A stretch of 64,000 nucleotides of DNA from Neoechinorhynchus agilis (GCA_051530055.1 CM121341.1:1824711-1888710), one strand, 5' to 3'. Shown: positions 34,981 to 48,723, counted from the stretch's first letter. Numbers and translations: made by a program. Notes: generated from the sequence alone by a model not told the origin.

Positions 34981-37900
34981 TTAGTTGAAGTAGAAGCCCT
35001 TCTCCAAAGACGCACTAAGGAGTCGATCTTTAACTTCCTCTGGGCTTCGATACTCGGGCAACTTAAGAAAGTGGTTGCATGTGTTAACGGACGGATATCC
35101 TCCGTTTGACTTTCTAGCCACTGTGAGTCGTGGAACGAGTGCGGAGATGCCTCCTATCGGCAACGCCTTGCTACCGGTGATGAACTGCACAACACTAGCA
35201 CGCTCGGGTGGTGTCATGAGCATCATTGCGTCCAAAAAGTAAATAAAAGCCGCACTGTCTGGGTTATATCCATTTTTAGGATCAACACAGGCGATCAGTT
35301 CGTCTCTGGTCCATTCAGGATAACGCTCTCCACAAACAGCTAATAGGAAATCCTCCGGTGTAAATATTTCGAGAACCGATAAATCAACACAAAGAACTTG
35401 TTTAAGACCTTCTACGAGTGATTCAATTTGAGCTCGAACTCCGTCGTAAAGCATAAAATTCGCGAGACATACTACGTACTCATCGAGAGTCTCATTCCGT
35501 ATGATTTCTTCGGCCGGGTGTTCATCACTTATTGGACACATTGTGAATCCGTATGAATTAGATTGTGGATAGTAAGCAAAGTTTATACACATTTGTTCAA
35601 TGTCGGTCTGCATTGACTGTTCTTTGAGTTTAACAAGACTCGAAGCGTACGCGTGATCAATGCGGGATATCCGATAGATGGCATCATCGACATCACTGAT
35701 TCGTTCTTCCCCATTGAATTGACGATCGTTAACACAAGGACAAAACCGCTCAACGAGTTCAATACTAAGATCGAGATCGCAGAATCGTTGATCTAGCAAG
35801 CATTTTCCTAGCAGAACTCCAATACAGTGATAGTACCGGTTCACCATGTCAAGGCACATGTATTTTGGATATGGAGCCGGAAATAGATTTTGAGGATGAA
35901 CACACCCGCCTGAATCCCCATTCACGTTAGAAAGCCAAAGACCGAGTTTAGCGCGCTGTAGCTCATGAGAGTATAGCGTGTAAAACTCGAGGGTTGGTCC
36001 GAGACCTGTACCTTCTTCTCCATGCCACAGAACTTCCAATTCAGATTTGTGACGGGCATGATATTCAAACACGAGACTGCCTTGCTCAAGAAGAAGATCG
36101 GGATCACGATGAACCCAGAAACGTTCATGCCTCAATCGTCCTACGGATCTCGAGTAATTAAAATCAGCTGAATCGCCAGATTTACCCAACAGCCAGATCA
36201 TCGATCGCGTTGTGCCGAATCCCATGGCTCTAACCAAATTCATCCTGTTTGTGAGAGAAAACAGAAAAGGATGTTGTTTGACCAGTTCAACAAGTGGTTG
36301 TGGAATGCACCCGCCTGCAACGATCAAAGCTTGCTTTAGTTGTTCGTCTAGAATGCGAGATAAGCGTTCGCTCAAAAAACAGTCTGTCCATCCTTCACGT
36401 TGAGCATAGGTTGTACTAAGAACAAAAGAGTATACCCTTCGGAGAATTACGTAGATTAGTTCATTAAATGCGGCCGACTTATCCTGCACGAGAGCATTTA
36501 GAGAAACAGCATTCAATTTGGTTTGAGATGGTGAATCTGTAGGAAGTGTGTATTGGATACAGACCGCATCTTCCCAAATTCGAGTGTATTCCGCCGTGAC
36601 TTTATCTGGAGTGGATTGTTCCGCTCGAATTAGGCTGTCAACGAAGAACAGCAGAGGACGGTCAGGATCTGTTAGAGGAATTCGCAAAGCAGAATCTCCG
36701 AATCGTGTACTCAAATACATGTCCATTCTACGCCGCTGACTAGTTGGAGGAAGTTCTCGAGTTCTGGAGAGGTCGTCAACCATTGTTTCCATTGGAACAT
36801 CAGTATATATACCCACGTTTGTTCGTCCGGGCCTTGGATCGAACGCCGGAGCAAGAGCGCGAGATTTTCGATTAATTTCATTTCCAAAAAGATTGCTACT
36901 GCCATTATCACAAAACATTTGATAATCGTATTCGTCACCCATTATACGCGACAAATATGATGCCGGAAAAGCTTCCCGGAACCGCTGCCGACGTTGTCGT
37001 CGTTGATCTGCAGAGTAGGCGATGCCTGTTACACGCCGACTTGGATCATTTCGCCTAATCGCTGGTCCTCGCGAATCTGGGGCATCCGTTACAGGTGTCG
37101 GCATCGTGGGTGGGAACTCCGGATCGTCAATATCCTCATCAGTAGCTTCGTCTTCTTCCTCTTCATCATCTTCCTCATCATCATCGTCTTCCTCTGCTTC
37201 TTCGTCAAGGTCATCATGAACCGATTGAACAGCTACTGCTGCTGCCGCCGCCGCAGTGGTCGAGCCTACAGCAGCACTGGCTAACGTACCTAGATCACGT
37301 TCAAACAGATGCATGATTCTCGATGTTGGAATTCTATACCCGCCGCCACCGCCACTACCGCTAATAAATTCACCTTGATTCGAACTAATAGTGGTCGTCG
37401 CAGTTGGAATAAGACTCGCTGTGCTCGCCTGGTGATAAGCTTGTGGAGCTGTGAATATATCGTCCACGTGGATGGGCCAGTGAATATTGTCTATATCGTC
37501 CAAACCTGTCAGACCGAGCATCCTGAGGTCTTCGTACATAGCTGAGGGTCTTCGAATCGTTGCGCTTCCACCGGATTCGGTAGACTCCAGGGATGTAGAT
37601 GGCAACATAGGGTTGGGCGGTTGACGAGATGCAATGCGACCTGAACGCTGATTGCTACCACCACCACCGCCACCGCCGCCGCCGCCGCTGCCAGTGACCG
37701 TCGTAAACCGAATAGTCTGCTGTATACCACGAGCCATTCGACGTAAATACTCAGTTGGCACGCTACGTCGGATTGATTGTCTCAGATTGGTTGTCATTGA
37801 TGGACTTGATGCTGATGGCAAAAACGAATCATAAACGGTACCATGAAGAACCAGGTCGGATATTGATAGCGCAAACGGAACTTCGCTTGAGATGCCCTCA

Positions 37901-40900
37901 GGAGCGTAGAAGCGCAAATATCTGTATCGAATTGGATACGAAGAGTCGATCGGTAGACGCTCGTCAATTGCCCATGAAGTGATCTTAAAATAGTCCGTGT
38001 GCCGCGAAGATTCACACCAGGTGGAGTCTTAAATGTGGAAGAGAAATGGATGGAGAGGTTGGAGGGAGTTAGGGGGATTGTGAGACAAAGGTTAGTAGGG
38101 TGTTCAGATCATCCATAGAAGGAATTCGAAGAAAGTACTTCGGGAAATTCTGCGAATAAAAAGGAATCTTAAAGGACAGAATAATGAAGTTTTAAGATGA
38201 CGAAGCACCACAAACGACACCGATTGAGCATCAGTGATCAAGAAATTCCAGACGCCCAACACGCCACCCTCTACCAAGACCCCACGAGGCTTACGATATT
38301 GAAGTTGGACGAACCCTTGAGTCGGGTTGTGGCTAGCGTATAACGGGAAGCCAGATACTGAATTTGTATTGGGTTGCGGAGCGGATATTTTGAAGCCACT
38401 GATTATGAGACTGATTCCCAGATCGATTTGGAAATACGATGACAGCGCTTTTGCCGGTTCATTGAGGCTGAGAGTACACATTACTCTATTTTGAATTTCT
38501 CTTCCATAAGACATGGTTCCGTTATGAACCGTGCAGATTCGCATGATGTGCCCTTTGGTCGGATCGACAAAATCGTTGAGCCTATTTCCATTTTTCCCGA
38601 TAAACCGAATTATATCGATAGTACGCGTTGTAAACACGAGCGGGCGGTCTTTGAGGATCTTTTTATGAAACGTCAGGTCTTCTTTTTTGAGCAAGAACCA
38701 ATTTTTGACGAATCGATCGTATATTGCGTTCTCAAGCTGTTGAATACAAATAAAAGGATTCACAGCAACTGTGTACGGTCGCTCGAATTCTGGATGTTTT
38801 ACATTGATTCTTATACGTGCGGATAGACTTTTGATATCTATCGAACGTCTTCGTCGCCGAACTACGGCGATTCCACCCGTGTGACTCGTCGCAAAATACG
38901 AAGTTGCACTTGTCGGACTCGGGATACTATGAATGGGAAGAAACTCTGCGATTTTATCGTCATTGTCCAAAATGGATATAATGGCACGTACAATAACACT
39001 TGCATCGTCGTGAAAGAGGCCAGTGTACGAAGGTAGAAGTTCAAGATAGTGAAGAAGAGAACTTGTCTGAAGTTCGTATGTAGACAGATTCCCGCCTCTG
39101 AGAATCTCTATAAGTCTTGAGAATCCAGCAGGAGTGCAAATGTTTCGCAAGGTGGATTCTAGTTGAGCGGCAGCTGGACTTGGCGGAATATGAGCACCTG
39201 CGATGTATTGGTTATAGATCCGACTAATGGCTGATTTACTCGCGTCCTGAATTGCTTGATATGCAGGCTGGTACGAATTGTTAGCGATCGCTGCCATACT
39301 TAACATTGTTGCCTTCTCCTCTTGGCGATTCCAACTAGCAATAAATCCAAGAGGCGTCTGCGCCGTACTTGCATTTTGCTCTATTTTTATGAGACTGGGA
39401 AGGTCGCTAAAATTCCGAGCTTGCTTCATAGGAACATAAATATAAATGTGATCGGGTGTTTCAACGCCATTTGCATCAATACCTCCGGCTAAATGATGAA
39501 TACAAATTCCACAATCAAGTGACCGAACTCGAGAACTTGCGTTTCTGAATAAATTCTCAAAAGAATGTGGACGTGTGACCGTACTTTGATCTTTTAAATA
39601 CTCAAGACGATGAATAAACTCAATGCAGCTTGAAAGAGATATTCTTGAGCGAACGTCCCATCCGTCGATTCCATTGATTTTACCGTCAGCGCGAACTCGG
39701 AACTGAAAACTCGGTTGAGGTGGTTGGTCTTTAAATGAAGCGAGCATGACCTTCCAAATATCAAACGCGAGTTGGAGGTTTTTATGCCACACAATCACGT
39801 GAGAACCTGATTCGACTATTCTCCAATTCCCGTACACGTACGGTCCGCTGGTGATCGGCGCAAGTGGAGTTTGCGTTATTGATGTAGTTTGAAAGTTTGC
39901 TGGAATCGTGGCTTGTTGCTCCTGAGAAGCTCCGATGTTCAGCTCAGAATAAAGTTCGCCTAGTTTACTTATGATTCCAACGCGGGATAAACGTGGGAGG
40001 AATCTATGAGGCGATAACGCAAAAAGATCTTCAATTAGACGAAGACATGTATAAAAGGCTTCTGGGTCATCATTTTGTTTCTTGATTAATTGTACAATAT
40101 CCGACTGGATTTGTCGACCGAGTGGTCCGTCAAGAATTATAAGAAGTGAATCTTCGCTTAGATTAGCGAATACTCGTCTAAAGATCCTAAGTCCACGAGC
40201 CGTAGTTGATTGAACTTCCATGAGTCGATTTACAATATCGGTGCATTGATCGTAAGACATTGGAAGATGCGATTTTCGTGGTTCAAAGTAAATAACAGAT
40301 TCTTGAAAGAGCTGTGAGCTTGATTCCGTACGGAGAGTCATAGCCGATTCCGAAGGGGTCATTCCACGTGAGTCCACAGTGTCCGGTGATGCTCCAAGTT
40401 GAAGAAGAGTTCGATAGACTGCTTTATTGTTCGTATACGCAGCACAATGGAGAGCGGATCCCTTTTTGCCAAAACGTGGATTTGCACCAACGGACAATAA
40501 ATACTCAACGTGGTACTCGGTCCCGAACGCAGCGGCCCAACTGAGAAGCGAATCCCGATGCTCATTTAGTGCGTTTACCTGCTCGCAAATGTCCGAGTTG
40601 TTTTTAAATCTGCTTAGATCTGAGTTTCCGTTCATAATCGCCTGCACGAGCAACTCATGAACGTCTGTCCATGTAGATGGCGACGTAGAATGCTGTGGAC
40701 GTCGATATTGTTCAAAGACAATACCCACAATTGAGTCAGCAAGACGATGATCTAGCGGGGTACCTTCTACTCCAAACAGAAGTCTTGGTTCAATATCAAG
40801 GCGGTCATGAACTATACGTGAGAGAATATCTGGTTGTGAGCTAAGTGCTTCAGGCACGGGTCTCGGAATAGGAGCACCGTTTTCGATCAGAATAGGTAAG

Positions 40901-41511
40901 CATTCGATCACCTTTTGAGTAATAATTGGTATTTGCGATTGCGTTAAAGGACTGAGGTCATATCGTGCCAATTTAGCACAGCAACTCCTATCTGTACACA
41001 ATGATTTGAACACAACCAGTGCACTTTTCACCGTGTCATTATGAAGGCGATTGGCGTATTTGGCCAATAGGATAAATAGATTGTCTGTTGCTTCAGTTGG
41101 GACGCGAATATGTGAGACCTTCTCAAAGATCTTCACAATCTGTTCAGACAGTTCGCGGCTTATTCTCTCATCTATATCCTTCGGCAAAAGTCTAGAGCTG
41201 AGAGCTTCAAGACCGTGAGGAACAGCAATCAAACGTTGTATGCAATCATTGGAAAGATCGAGAAAGTAAGTGATCGCTCGTGATGTTACTTCTAGCAGAG
41301 TGTCAGGAGCATTCGCGTCCAGGAATAGATGAAGCAACGCTGGTATAAACAATCGTGGAGCGTATTTCTGGAGGCATCGGTCAACGTTTTCTGTCATTAG
41401 GATAGCCATACAGAGGTGATCAGCAGCGGTCGCTTGAAGAGCGCGTTCCGGACCACATTCGTTAGAGTTTAGCCACTCTAACAGCACGGCAGCGTCCGTC
41501 TCAGTATCCAT
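34981..41511 (-). CDS. HECTD1: HECT E3 ubiquitin ligase HECTD1; exons 41511..38295 and 38027..34981, about 2087 aa
   Basis: N-terminal LLEWL..LCMAILMTENVDRC..FIPAL..FLDANAPDTLLEVTSRAITYFLD; ankyrins LLSWAAAFGT..SALHCAA; a SUN-like domain split by a phase-1 GTAAG..TAAG intron (38294..38028); HECT end YPSVNTCNHFLKLPEY..EKGFYFN. Confidence 0.95.
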
Positions 41512-42918
41512 GGTCGTGTAAGCGTGTGCAGTAGGATTTAGTCTAAAATCGAAGCCTTCAATAGATGGGCGCTTGATTGTTGCGTGGCAACGATGACGAT
41601 ACAGCGAGAAAAGTAGGCATGTTTTCAATGATTTCCGATAGAAAACCTATGGGCGTGTAGAGACGTTTTCTAAAGAAACCAAGAGCCGTAGAGTTCTTTC
41701 GAGAAAACGTCAATAAAAGTGTTCAAGCTGTTCAATTTTGTACAGAAAGATAGTACGTAAGTTTAGGTTTCCTGTTCTAACGAAATAGACCACGTTTCCA
41801 ACTTTATCATCAAAAAAAGTGTCCATGTCAATAGAAACTGGAAGATAATCTCGGTCTCTCGCATAAAAGGATCGCGTTTCTGCTAGACTCTCTCAAAAGC
41901 GGTGAAGTTCGCCGTTCTTTTAACTGTGCACTAGCAATCCAACGAGCTTATATACAAAGCAATAGGCTACAAAAGAAGCGATATACAAAAAGTTTACCAG
42001 GTCTAAAAGCATCCTGGATGTTTTTTTCTTAACATTCGACTGTACATTGTGGACGACATCATCAAAATATGTTTAATGGCTACTCAGTAGGGCCAACGAG
42101 CGTGCAGGTAGCATCACAAGGTTGTCAGGCAAAAAATACGCCAAAGGGTGTGAAGCAAAAGGTACTGAATGCATGCCATGCAACGCTGATACAACATCGA
42201 CGAGGCAGAATAGAAGAAATAATATTCACAATCAGGGCAGCAGGAACGTTAATAGTGGATGCTTGTCGTGGAAAACGATTCGGGTTTACATAACGTATTG
42301 ATAGCGAGAAACGACAACAATGGATTAGTTCTGCTTTAAAAAGCCGTCAGTGGAAAATGTCTAAAATCAGTGACTTATTCTATGAGAAATGCCTCAAATG
42401 AAATTTCAAAGAACAGTCAGGAATATCTCTAATGTTGTGTGTGGAGAGCGAACAAAAACACTAAATTTCATCAACGGCAATAGTTAACGTTTAAAAAAGA
42501 CAAACACTTCAACGAGTTCTTCAAATTACACGCTTAAAAAACAAGTGCTTGCTACACAAATCTAAGTTCTGAATTCGCAAAGAATCTCGTGAATACTGAT
42601 TTAAAAACCAACACTCTAGCAAAAGATTATGATGATCGCTCGGATGAAACGTATTTTGAATTCAGACATTTCGACAGAGGGAGCCTCACCCGCCCCCATC
42701 AATAAGTCATTGTTAACTCCATAGCGAAATATCTCAATTCAAATATGTTTTATCCGATGGATTATAACATCTCCAACTAATCATTCAGAAAGATTTTCTC
42801 ACAAATATCTTTCCTAATAGTTGGAATTGTTGTGCAACGGAATATGATCACAACATCATCAACTATATCATTAAGACAAATTAGGATTCATGTTTAGGTC
42901 TTTACCGGTAAATAATTC

Positions 42919-43035
42919 TTTTATTAAAGACGTTTCGAACATTGTAAGGTTCATTGTCAGTTTTAAAATACAAGTAGTCAAGTAAGCGGAATAATGATGA
43001 TGAAACCGACGAGGCTCGAAACGTCTTTAATAAAA
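42919..43035. repeat. Fold-back with 20-bp perfect arms carrying two outward-facing degenerate hammerhead-like cores
   Basis: ttttattaaagacgtttcga / tcgaaacgtctttaataaaa. Minus core CTGACAA-T-GAAC..GTTC-GAA-ACGT-C; plus core ATGATGA-T-GAAACC..GGCTC-GAA-ACGT-C. Confidence 0.8.
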
Positions 43036-43072
43036 AACTATTTAACGGATGAAGACCTGAACAATAATCCTA

Positions 43073-43890
43073 TCCAACTCTATCATCCCCAAGGATTTTC
43101 TCTAGATGATTTTCGTCGTTATTTTGAGTTGTGGTGATCATCATTTCTCGGATAAAACATATTTCGATCCAATAAAATATGTTTTATCCAAGAAATTATG
43201 ATAACCACATCTCCAACTCTATCATCCCCGAGGATTTTCTCTAGATGATTTTCGTCGTTACTTTTTTGCTGTGGTGATCATCATTTCTCGGATAAAACAT
43301 ATTTCGATCCAATAAAATATGTTTTATCCAAGAAATTATGATAACCACATCTCCAACTCTATCATCCCCGAGGATTTTCTCTAGATGATTTTCGTCGTTA
43401 CTATGAGTTGTGGTGATCATCATTTCTCGGATATAACATATTTCGATCCAATAAAATATGTTTTATCCAAGGGATTATGATAACCACATCTCCAACTCTA
43501 TCATCCCCAAGGATTTTCTCTAGATGATTTTCGTCGTTACTATGAGTTGTGGTGATCATCATTTCTCGGATAAAACATATTTCGATCCAATAAAATATGT
43601 TTTATCCAAGGGATCAAAATAACCACATCTCCAACTCTATCATCCCCAAGGATTTTCTCTAGATGATTTCCCTCCTTATTTGGAGTTGTAGCGATCATCA
43701 TTTCTCGGATAAAACATATTTCGATCCAATAAAATATGTTTTATCCAAGGGATCAAAATAACCACATCTCCAACTCTATCATCCCCAAGGATTTTCTCTA
43801 GATGATTTTCGTCGTTACTATGAGTTGTGATGATCATCATTTCTCGGATAAAACATATTTCGATCCAATAAAATATGTTTTATCCAAGGG
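43073..43890. repeat. Second array of about 6 x 139-bp family A units
   Basis: gatccaata at 43166, 43306, 43445, 43584, 43723, 43862; same orientation as, and near-identical to, 3505..4337. Confidence 0.95.
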
Positions 43891-44752
43891 AGTATAATCA
43901 CCATAAATCGAACTCTAAAAGAACTAAAGAGAAACCCAAAAACATGATTGTATGAGCAAAACACTCAGCTGCTCAATATCTCAATCTTAAATTTATGATA
44001 TTTTTCTTATATGGTCCATTCATACGAAGCCAATGCTTCCATTTCTAAAAAATGGTGGAAAGTGTTGTTCGAATTTAAACGTATCCACGTTTTTTTTGTG
44101 ATACTCAGAAATACAGGAGATCAACGCATGGAAAGTTCAACGGAAAGATCTTTTGGGCGAGACAGAATGCGTACAAAGATTTCAATGTCTGATTCTCGCT
44201 CGCAATGAATACACCGTCGATTCACCGTCATTTCTAGTTCATGGCCTACGACGAAGACATAGACGTCGTAGCAACTCTTTGCAACTCACATTTCCATCTC
44301 GCTGCATCATCATCGTTTGCATCCAGCTGCATCGATTAAGACCAAACGAAGGAGACGGGATGACAAATTGGAGGGGCTGATACAGGAAGGAAGAAGAGTG
44401 GAAAGCACTTTTCGTACACGTTGCATCAATCGTAAAAAGGAGCAACTAACTTTGATCACCGATCTTATTTTTCCTCTCGCATTCACTTTCGATCAAAATG
44501 TCGTCCAAGGTGTATTTACAAACCAAAAAAGAGAAGAAAATAATCTTTCGAACGATTGCAACAACAATTTTTTCGCGATGGTTAGGTTTGCATATTCACG
44601 TGTAATTTTTCAAATGCAAAAGGACCCAAGAACAGAGAAGTTTGCGCTAATGAGTTATAAAAACCGTGCTAATACAAACTGAAACTAACGTTAAAGCTAA
44701 CAAATTGAAAGTGGTTGGGAATATATCATCATTTATTGGAAGCAATTAGGCA

Positions 44753-46085
44753 GACGATAAAAACGGACATGTAAAATCATTCAAAAACTGATTTGATTGC
44801 AGAAAAAAAGAGAAAATCCATTTAGACAATTGACGAATTCTATTTATTGATAGTAATTATTAAAATTGACGATACAAACAGACATGTAAAATTTTTCAAA
44901 AACTGATTTGATTGCAGAAAAAAGAGAAAGTCCATTTACACAATTGACGAATTCTATTTATTGAGAGTAATTATTAAAGTTGACGATACAAACCGACGTG
45001 TAAAATCATTCAAAAACTGATTTGATTGCAGAAAAAAGAGAAAGTCCATTTAGACAATTGACGAATTGTATTTATTGATAGTAATTATTCAAATTGAGGA
45101 TAAAAACGGACCTGTAAAATCATTCAAAAAACTGATTTGATTGCAGAAAAAGAGAAAGTCCATTTAGACAATTGACAAATTCATTTTATTGGTAGTGATT
45201 AGGCAAATTGACGATAAAAACGGACATGTAAAATGTTTACACAACTGATATGATTGCAGAAAAAGATAAAATCCATCTACACAATTGACGAATTGTATTT
45301 ATTGAGAGTAATTACTCAAATTGAAGATACAAACGGACATGTAAAATAATTCAAAAACTGATTAAATAACGAAAAAAAAGAGAAAATCCATTTAGACAAT
45401 TGACGAGTTATTTTTGTTGATAGTGATTAGGAAAATTGACGATAAAAACGGACATGAAAAATCATTCAAATACTGATTTGATTGCAGAAAAAAAAGAAAA
45501 AATCCATCTACACAACTGACGAGTTCTTTTAATGGTAGTGATTAGGCAAATTGACGATACAAACAGACATGTAAAATCTTTCAAAAACCAACTATATAAC
45601 GAAAAAAGGGGAAAATCCATTTACACAATTGACGAATTCTATTTATTGATAGTAATCATTAAAATTGACGATAAAAACGGATCTGTAAAATCATTAGAAA
45701 ACTGATTTGATTGCAGAAAAAAATAAAATCCATTTAGACAATTGACGAGTTCTTTTTATTGGCAGTGATTAACAAAATTGACGATACAAACGGACATGTA
45801 AAATCATTCAAAAACTGATTAAATAACGAAAAAAAGGAGAAAATCCATTTAGACAATTGACGAATTCTATTTATTGATAGTAATTATTCAAATTGACGAT
45901 AAAAACGGACATGTAAAATCATTCAAAAACTGATTTGATTGCAGAAAAAAATAAAATCCATTTAGACAATTGACGAGTTCTTTTTATTGGCAGTGATTAT
46001 GCAAATTGACGATAAAAACGGACATGTAAAATCATTCAAAAACTGATTAAATAACGAAAAAAAGAGAAAATCCATTAACACAAAT
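44753..46085. repeat. Tandem array of about 12 x 114-bp diverged units
   Basis: Unit starts at 44753, 44868, 44982, 45096, 45210, 45323, 45438, 45553, 45667, 45780, 45895, 46008. Confidence 0.95.
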
Positions 46086-46481
46086 GACATTAAAATTAGC
46101 TTAGGTCGATCAATGCAGGTCAGCGGCTCTGCAGCTAAAATTATTCTCGAATGGAGAGAACTCGATTGAGGTCACATAAAATACGTGAGCATCAAAATGA
46201 TTTTAATCGAAGTTCCTTATAAATTAATTCTTTCGTACGGGTGGAATCACTGTTTTTGCGAATTTTAGCTTAATTTCAACCGAGTGCAGATTTTTGGAAT
46301 AATTGAAGACGTTTTTTCTGGGAGCGATAATTCGGCGTTGATTTAATTTTTTGTTTAGGGAATATTTATTGGGCTTTTTAGAAACACTCCAAATCTTAAA
46401 AGATAATGTTCTGTGGTGCTGCGGTTTTCCTCACGCTGGCAGTATTCCCTCGTTGTACTGCGAGGCGGTGGCGAAGTAATT

Positions 46482-46652
46482 AAAATGATTTTATTTTAAA
46501 ATCCGATATTTCGGCACAATCTTGTGCCAGGCGGATTTTAGGCTCAATCTTAGGACTGTACATTTTGATCCATTCGCCACGTAATTTTTTAGACCTTGAT
46601 AAACGCGTACAAGATTGTTTCGAAATATCGGATTTGAAAATAAAATCATTTT
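46482..46652. repeat. Fold-back element with arms of about 43 bp
   Basis: aaaatgattttattttaaaatccgatatttcggcacaatcttg / caagattgtttcgaaatatcggatttgaaaataaaatcatttt. Related half-copies near 29555 and 48428. Confidence 0.85.
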
Positions 46653-47934
46653 ATTGATAGTTGCAACCTAAAATTTAAAAGAAAATTATTAATTGTTGTG
46701 GCCACTTTTCTCTTAACCTCCCCGATATTAATTGATTTATTGTAAATTTTCAACAGTATGAAATCATTTTATTTGTGGAGAAATATTTCGAAAAAGAGGA
46801 AACCTCGTCTTATCAATCATTGCTGGTAATTTTTTATAAAATGACCTGTAACCGGGTGAGTATCGTGACCACAATTCAAAATTTACCACCGCGATATGGA
46901 TTTTCTCTGGATATGATTATTTTAAGTGTTACAATGAAAACAGATTGATGAAACTTTAGAGCTTTGTAACCTCAGTTTTTGATATTGCTTAGGCAAAGAA
47001 TAATTTATTAAGAAGTAATCGATTTGTGGGGATAAATTTAGTGGAAAGTTAAATCTTTTCAGCTTCACGCTTGTGTTTATTTTTAAGTGGGCAAAAAGAG
47101 TTATATAAAGACGTTTTATTTATGTAAGAAAAGAACGATCCACACACTTGCCAGCATCTATCTTTGCTGAAGGTGTCTGGATGACGGATGTTGAGGCAAG
47201 GGAGGTGGGACTTGTCTTTGAAGGGGTGTTGATGTGGGATCGGATACTTTGTACAGGAGATGAGCCATCGCTCTTTAACTCTCAATTGCCGTCCTGGTGT
47301 AATGGTCGAAAGGACGGATGCAGCGTTTTCGCCCATTAACTTAGAAATTTATTTCTTCAAAGGTTTTAAAAGCGAGCTTCTGCCAAGTTTTAAGACGACT
47401 GAACAAGTCGGCAATAAGCATCTTAGTGAGTCGACGTAGACCAAAGCGATTGCCACTGAATATCGATTAAATCAAGAAATTGAACTACATTTAAATAGTC
47501 GCTAAAGATTAAGAAGAAGAATACGATGTGAGGTTGAGAATGCGATTTTGCTTCTCGTTCAAAGAGTTTTTTATTCGTTTTTCTGCTCTTTTCCGTCTCA
47601 TGTTTTTAATGGAAACATTAATTTTCCACCTATTATAAAAAGTACGCGATGATATCTTTTACATTAGAGAGCGGTTGACAATTCTTTGATTATGGAAATG
47701 TAACAGGCTTTATACGTTCCTTCCTTGTGATTTATTGTACATTCGTCAATAGTTCCGATGAGCAACAAATGTTCTAGAGGAAGGCTTATTATTCTTAAAT
47801 GTTTTTTATTGACAGGCCGGTTCTATTGATTCCGATTATTAGGTACTTTCTTCAGCTTTTTGCTATGAAGCCACACCGTTCTCTTACATCAGACAAGAAG
47901 TGATTTGATCACTTAAAATCCATGAATCATACGC

Positions 47935-48230
47935 GGTCCGTCCGGATTCTCAGATCCCTCCCGAGGAGATGGGGCTCATCGGTGGATTTCTGTGCCAAGA
48001 GGAGGTCAAGTTTTTACTTGAGCCTTGAGTCCCTGTTTTAGTAGGGTCAAATTGTTCAATGTCCGCAATCGTCTACGATTCCTAACCAAAGGGACGAAAT
48101 ACGTTGGGGAAGCTAAAAGGAAACTCACTGAGAAGTATCCGGACGGGGATCCGGGTACAAACTCATAACCGCGTGATTTTATGCGCTTTCCTGATGTAAG
48201 AATCAGCGTGGTTTCATGCCAAAAAGCCTA
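47935..48230 (-). repeat. Dispersed repeat homologous to 2940..3150; possible Gypsy RNase H relic
   Basis: See 2940..3150; broken translation includes ELKAQVK-like and HLLGRDLRIRTD segments. Confidence 0.35.
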
Positions 48231-48515
48231 GGAAGGTACAGAATAATCTAAATATTTTATTATTGTTAATATTTAAGACTAAGGATGGTATCGCACCGAG
48301 CTACGCTGAATAGAAAAAATTAGAGTGGTCATCCACTATTTAAGTAAAGTTCTTTCGTACAAATGACGTCATGCAAAATTATTGTTTTTGAACATCGAAT
48401 TGTTTTTTTGTATGGCGGGCAAAAAATTAAAATGATTTATTGAATCCGATATATCGGAAGCACACGCAATCTTGAGCATATTTATGAACAATTGTAAGTT
48501 TGTACGACGTAAACA

Positions 48516-48723
48516 ATTGTTATTTGTTGATAGGAGAGGTGAATGAAATTCAGATTTTTATTGGATATTTCGATCCACTATCTCGGATCTTCTTCAGCGA
48601 TTGCTTGTAAGTAACACATATTTAAAAACTTACAAGCAATCGCTGAAGAAGATCCGAGATAGTGGATCGAAATATCCAATAAAATCTGAATTTCATTCAC
48701 CTCTCTTATCAACAAATAACAAT
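48516..48723. repeat. Near-perfect fold-back (97/96-bp arms, 15-nt loop) with an intact hammerhead catalytic-core motif on each strand
   Basis: Arms differ by 1 mismatch and 1 indel. Plus core CTGAAGA-A-GATCC-GAGATAGT-GGATC-GAA-ATAT-C at 48643..48676. Confidence 0.93.

Noticed and set aside
38104-38294. C-terminal 63 codons of ORF 38104..41628 as a separate protein end
   Set aside because: Read-through into the HECTD1 intron; the splice at 38294/38028 restores the SUN-like domain
41512-41628. N-terminal extension MKTCLLFS.. of HECTD1
   Set aside because: Non-ATG ORF-track start; homology begins at the ATG at 41511, and an acceptor lies at 41543
42069-42400. Possible THAP-like fragment (EKRQQWISSAL..W)
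   Set aside because: Lacks the Cys/His ligands and is interrupted by a stop
44011-44682. Cluster of short overlapping ORFs in a GC-richer patch
   Set aside because: No consistent frame, splice model or recognisable motif
47049-47336. ORF with SFFSYINK resembling a LINE linker
   Set aside because: A single short motif only
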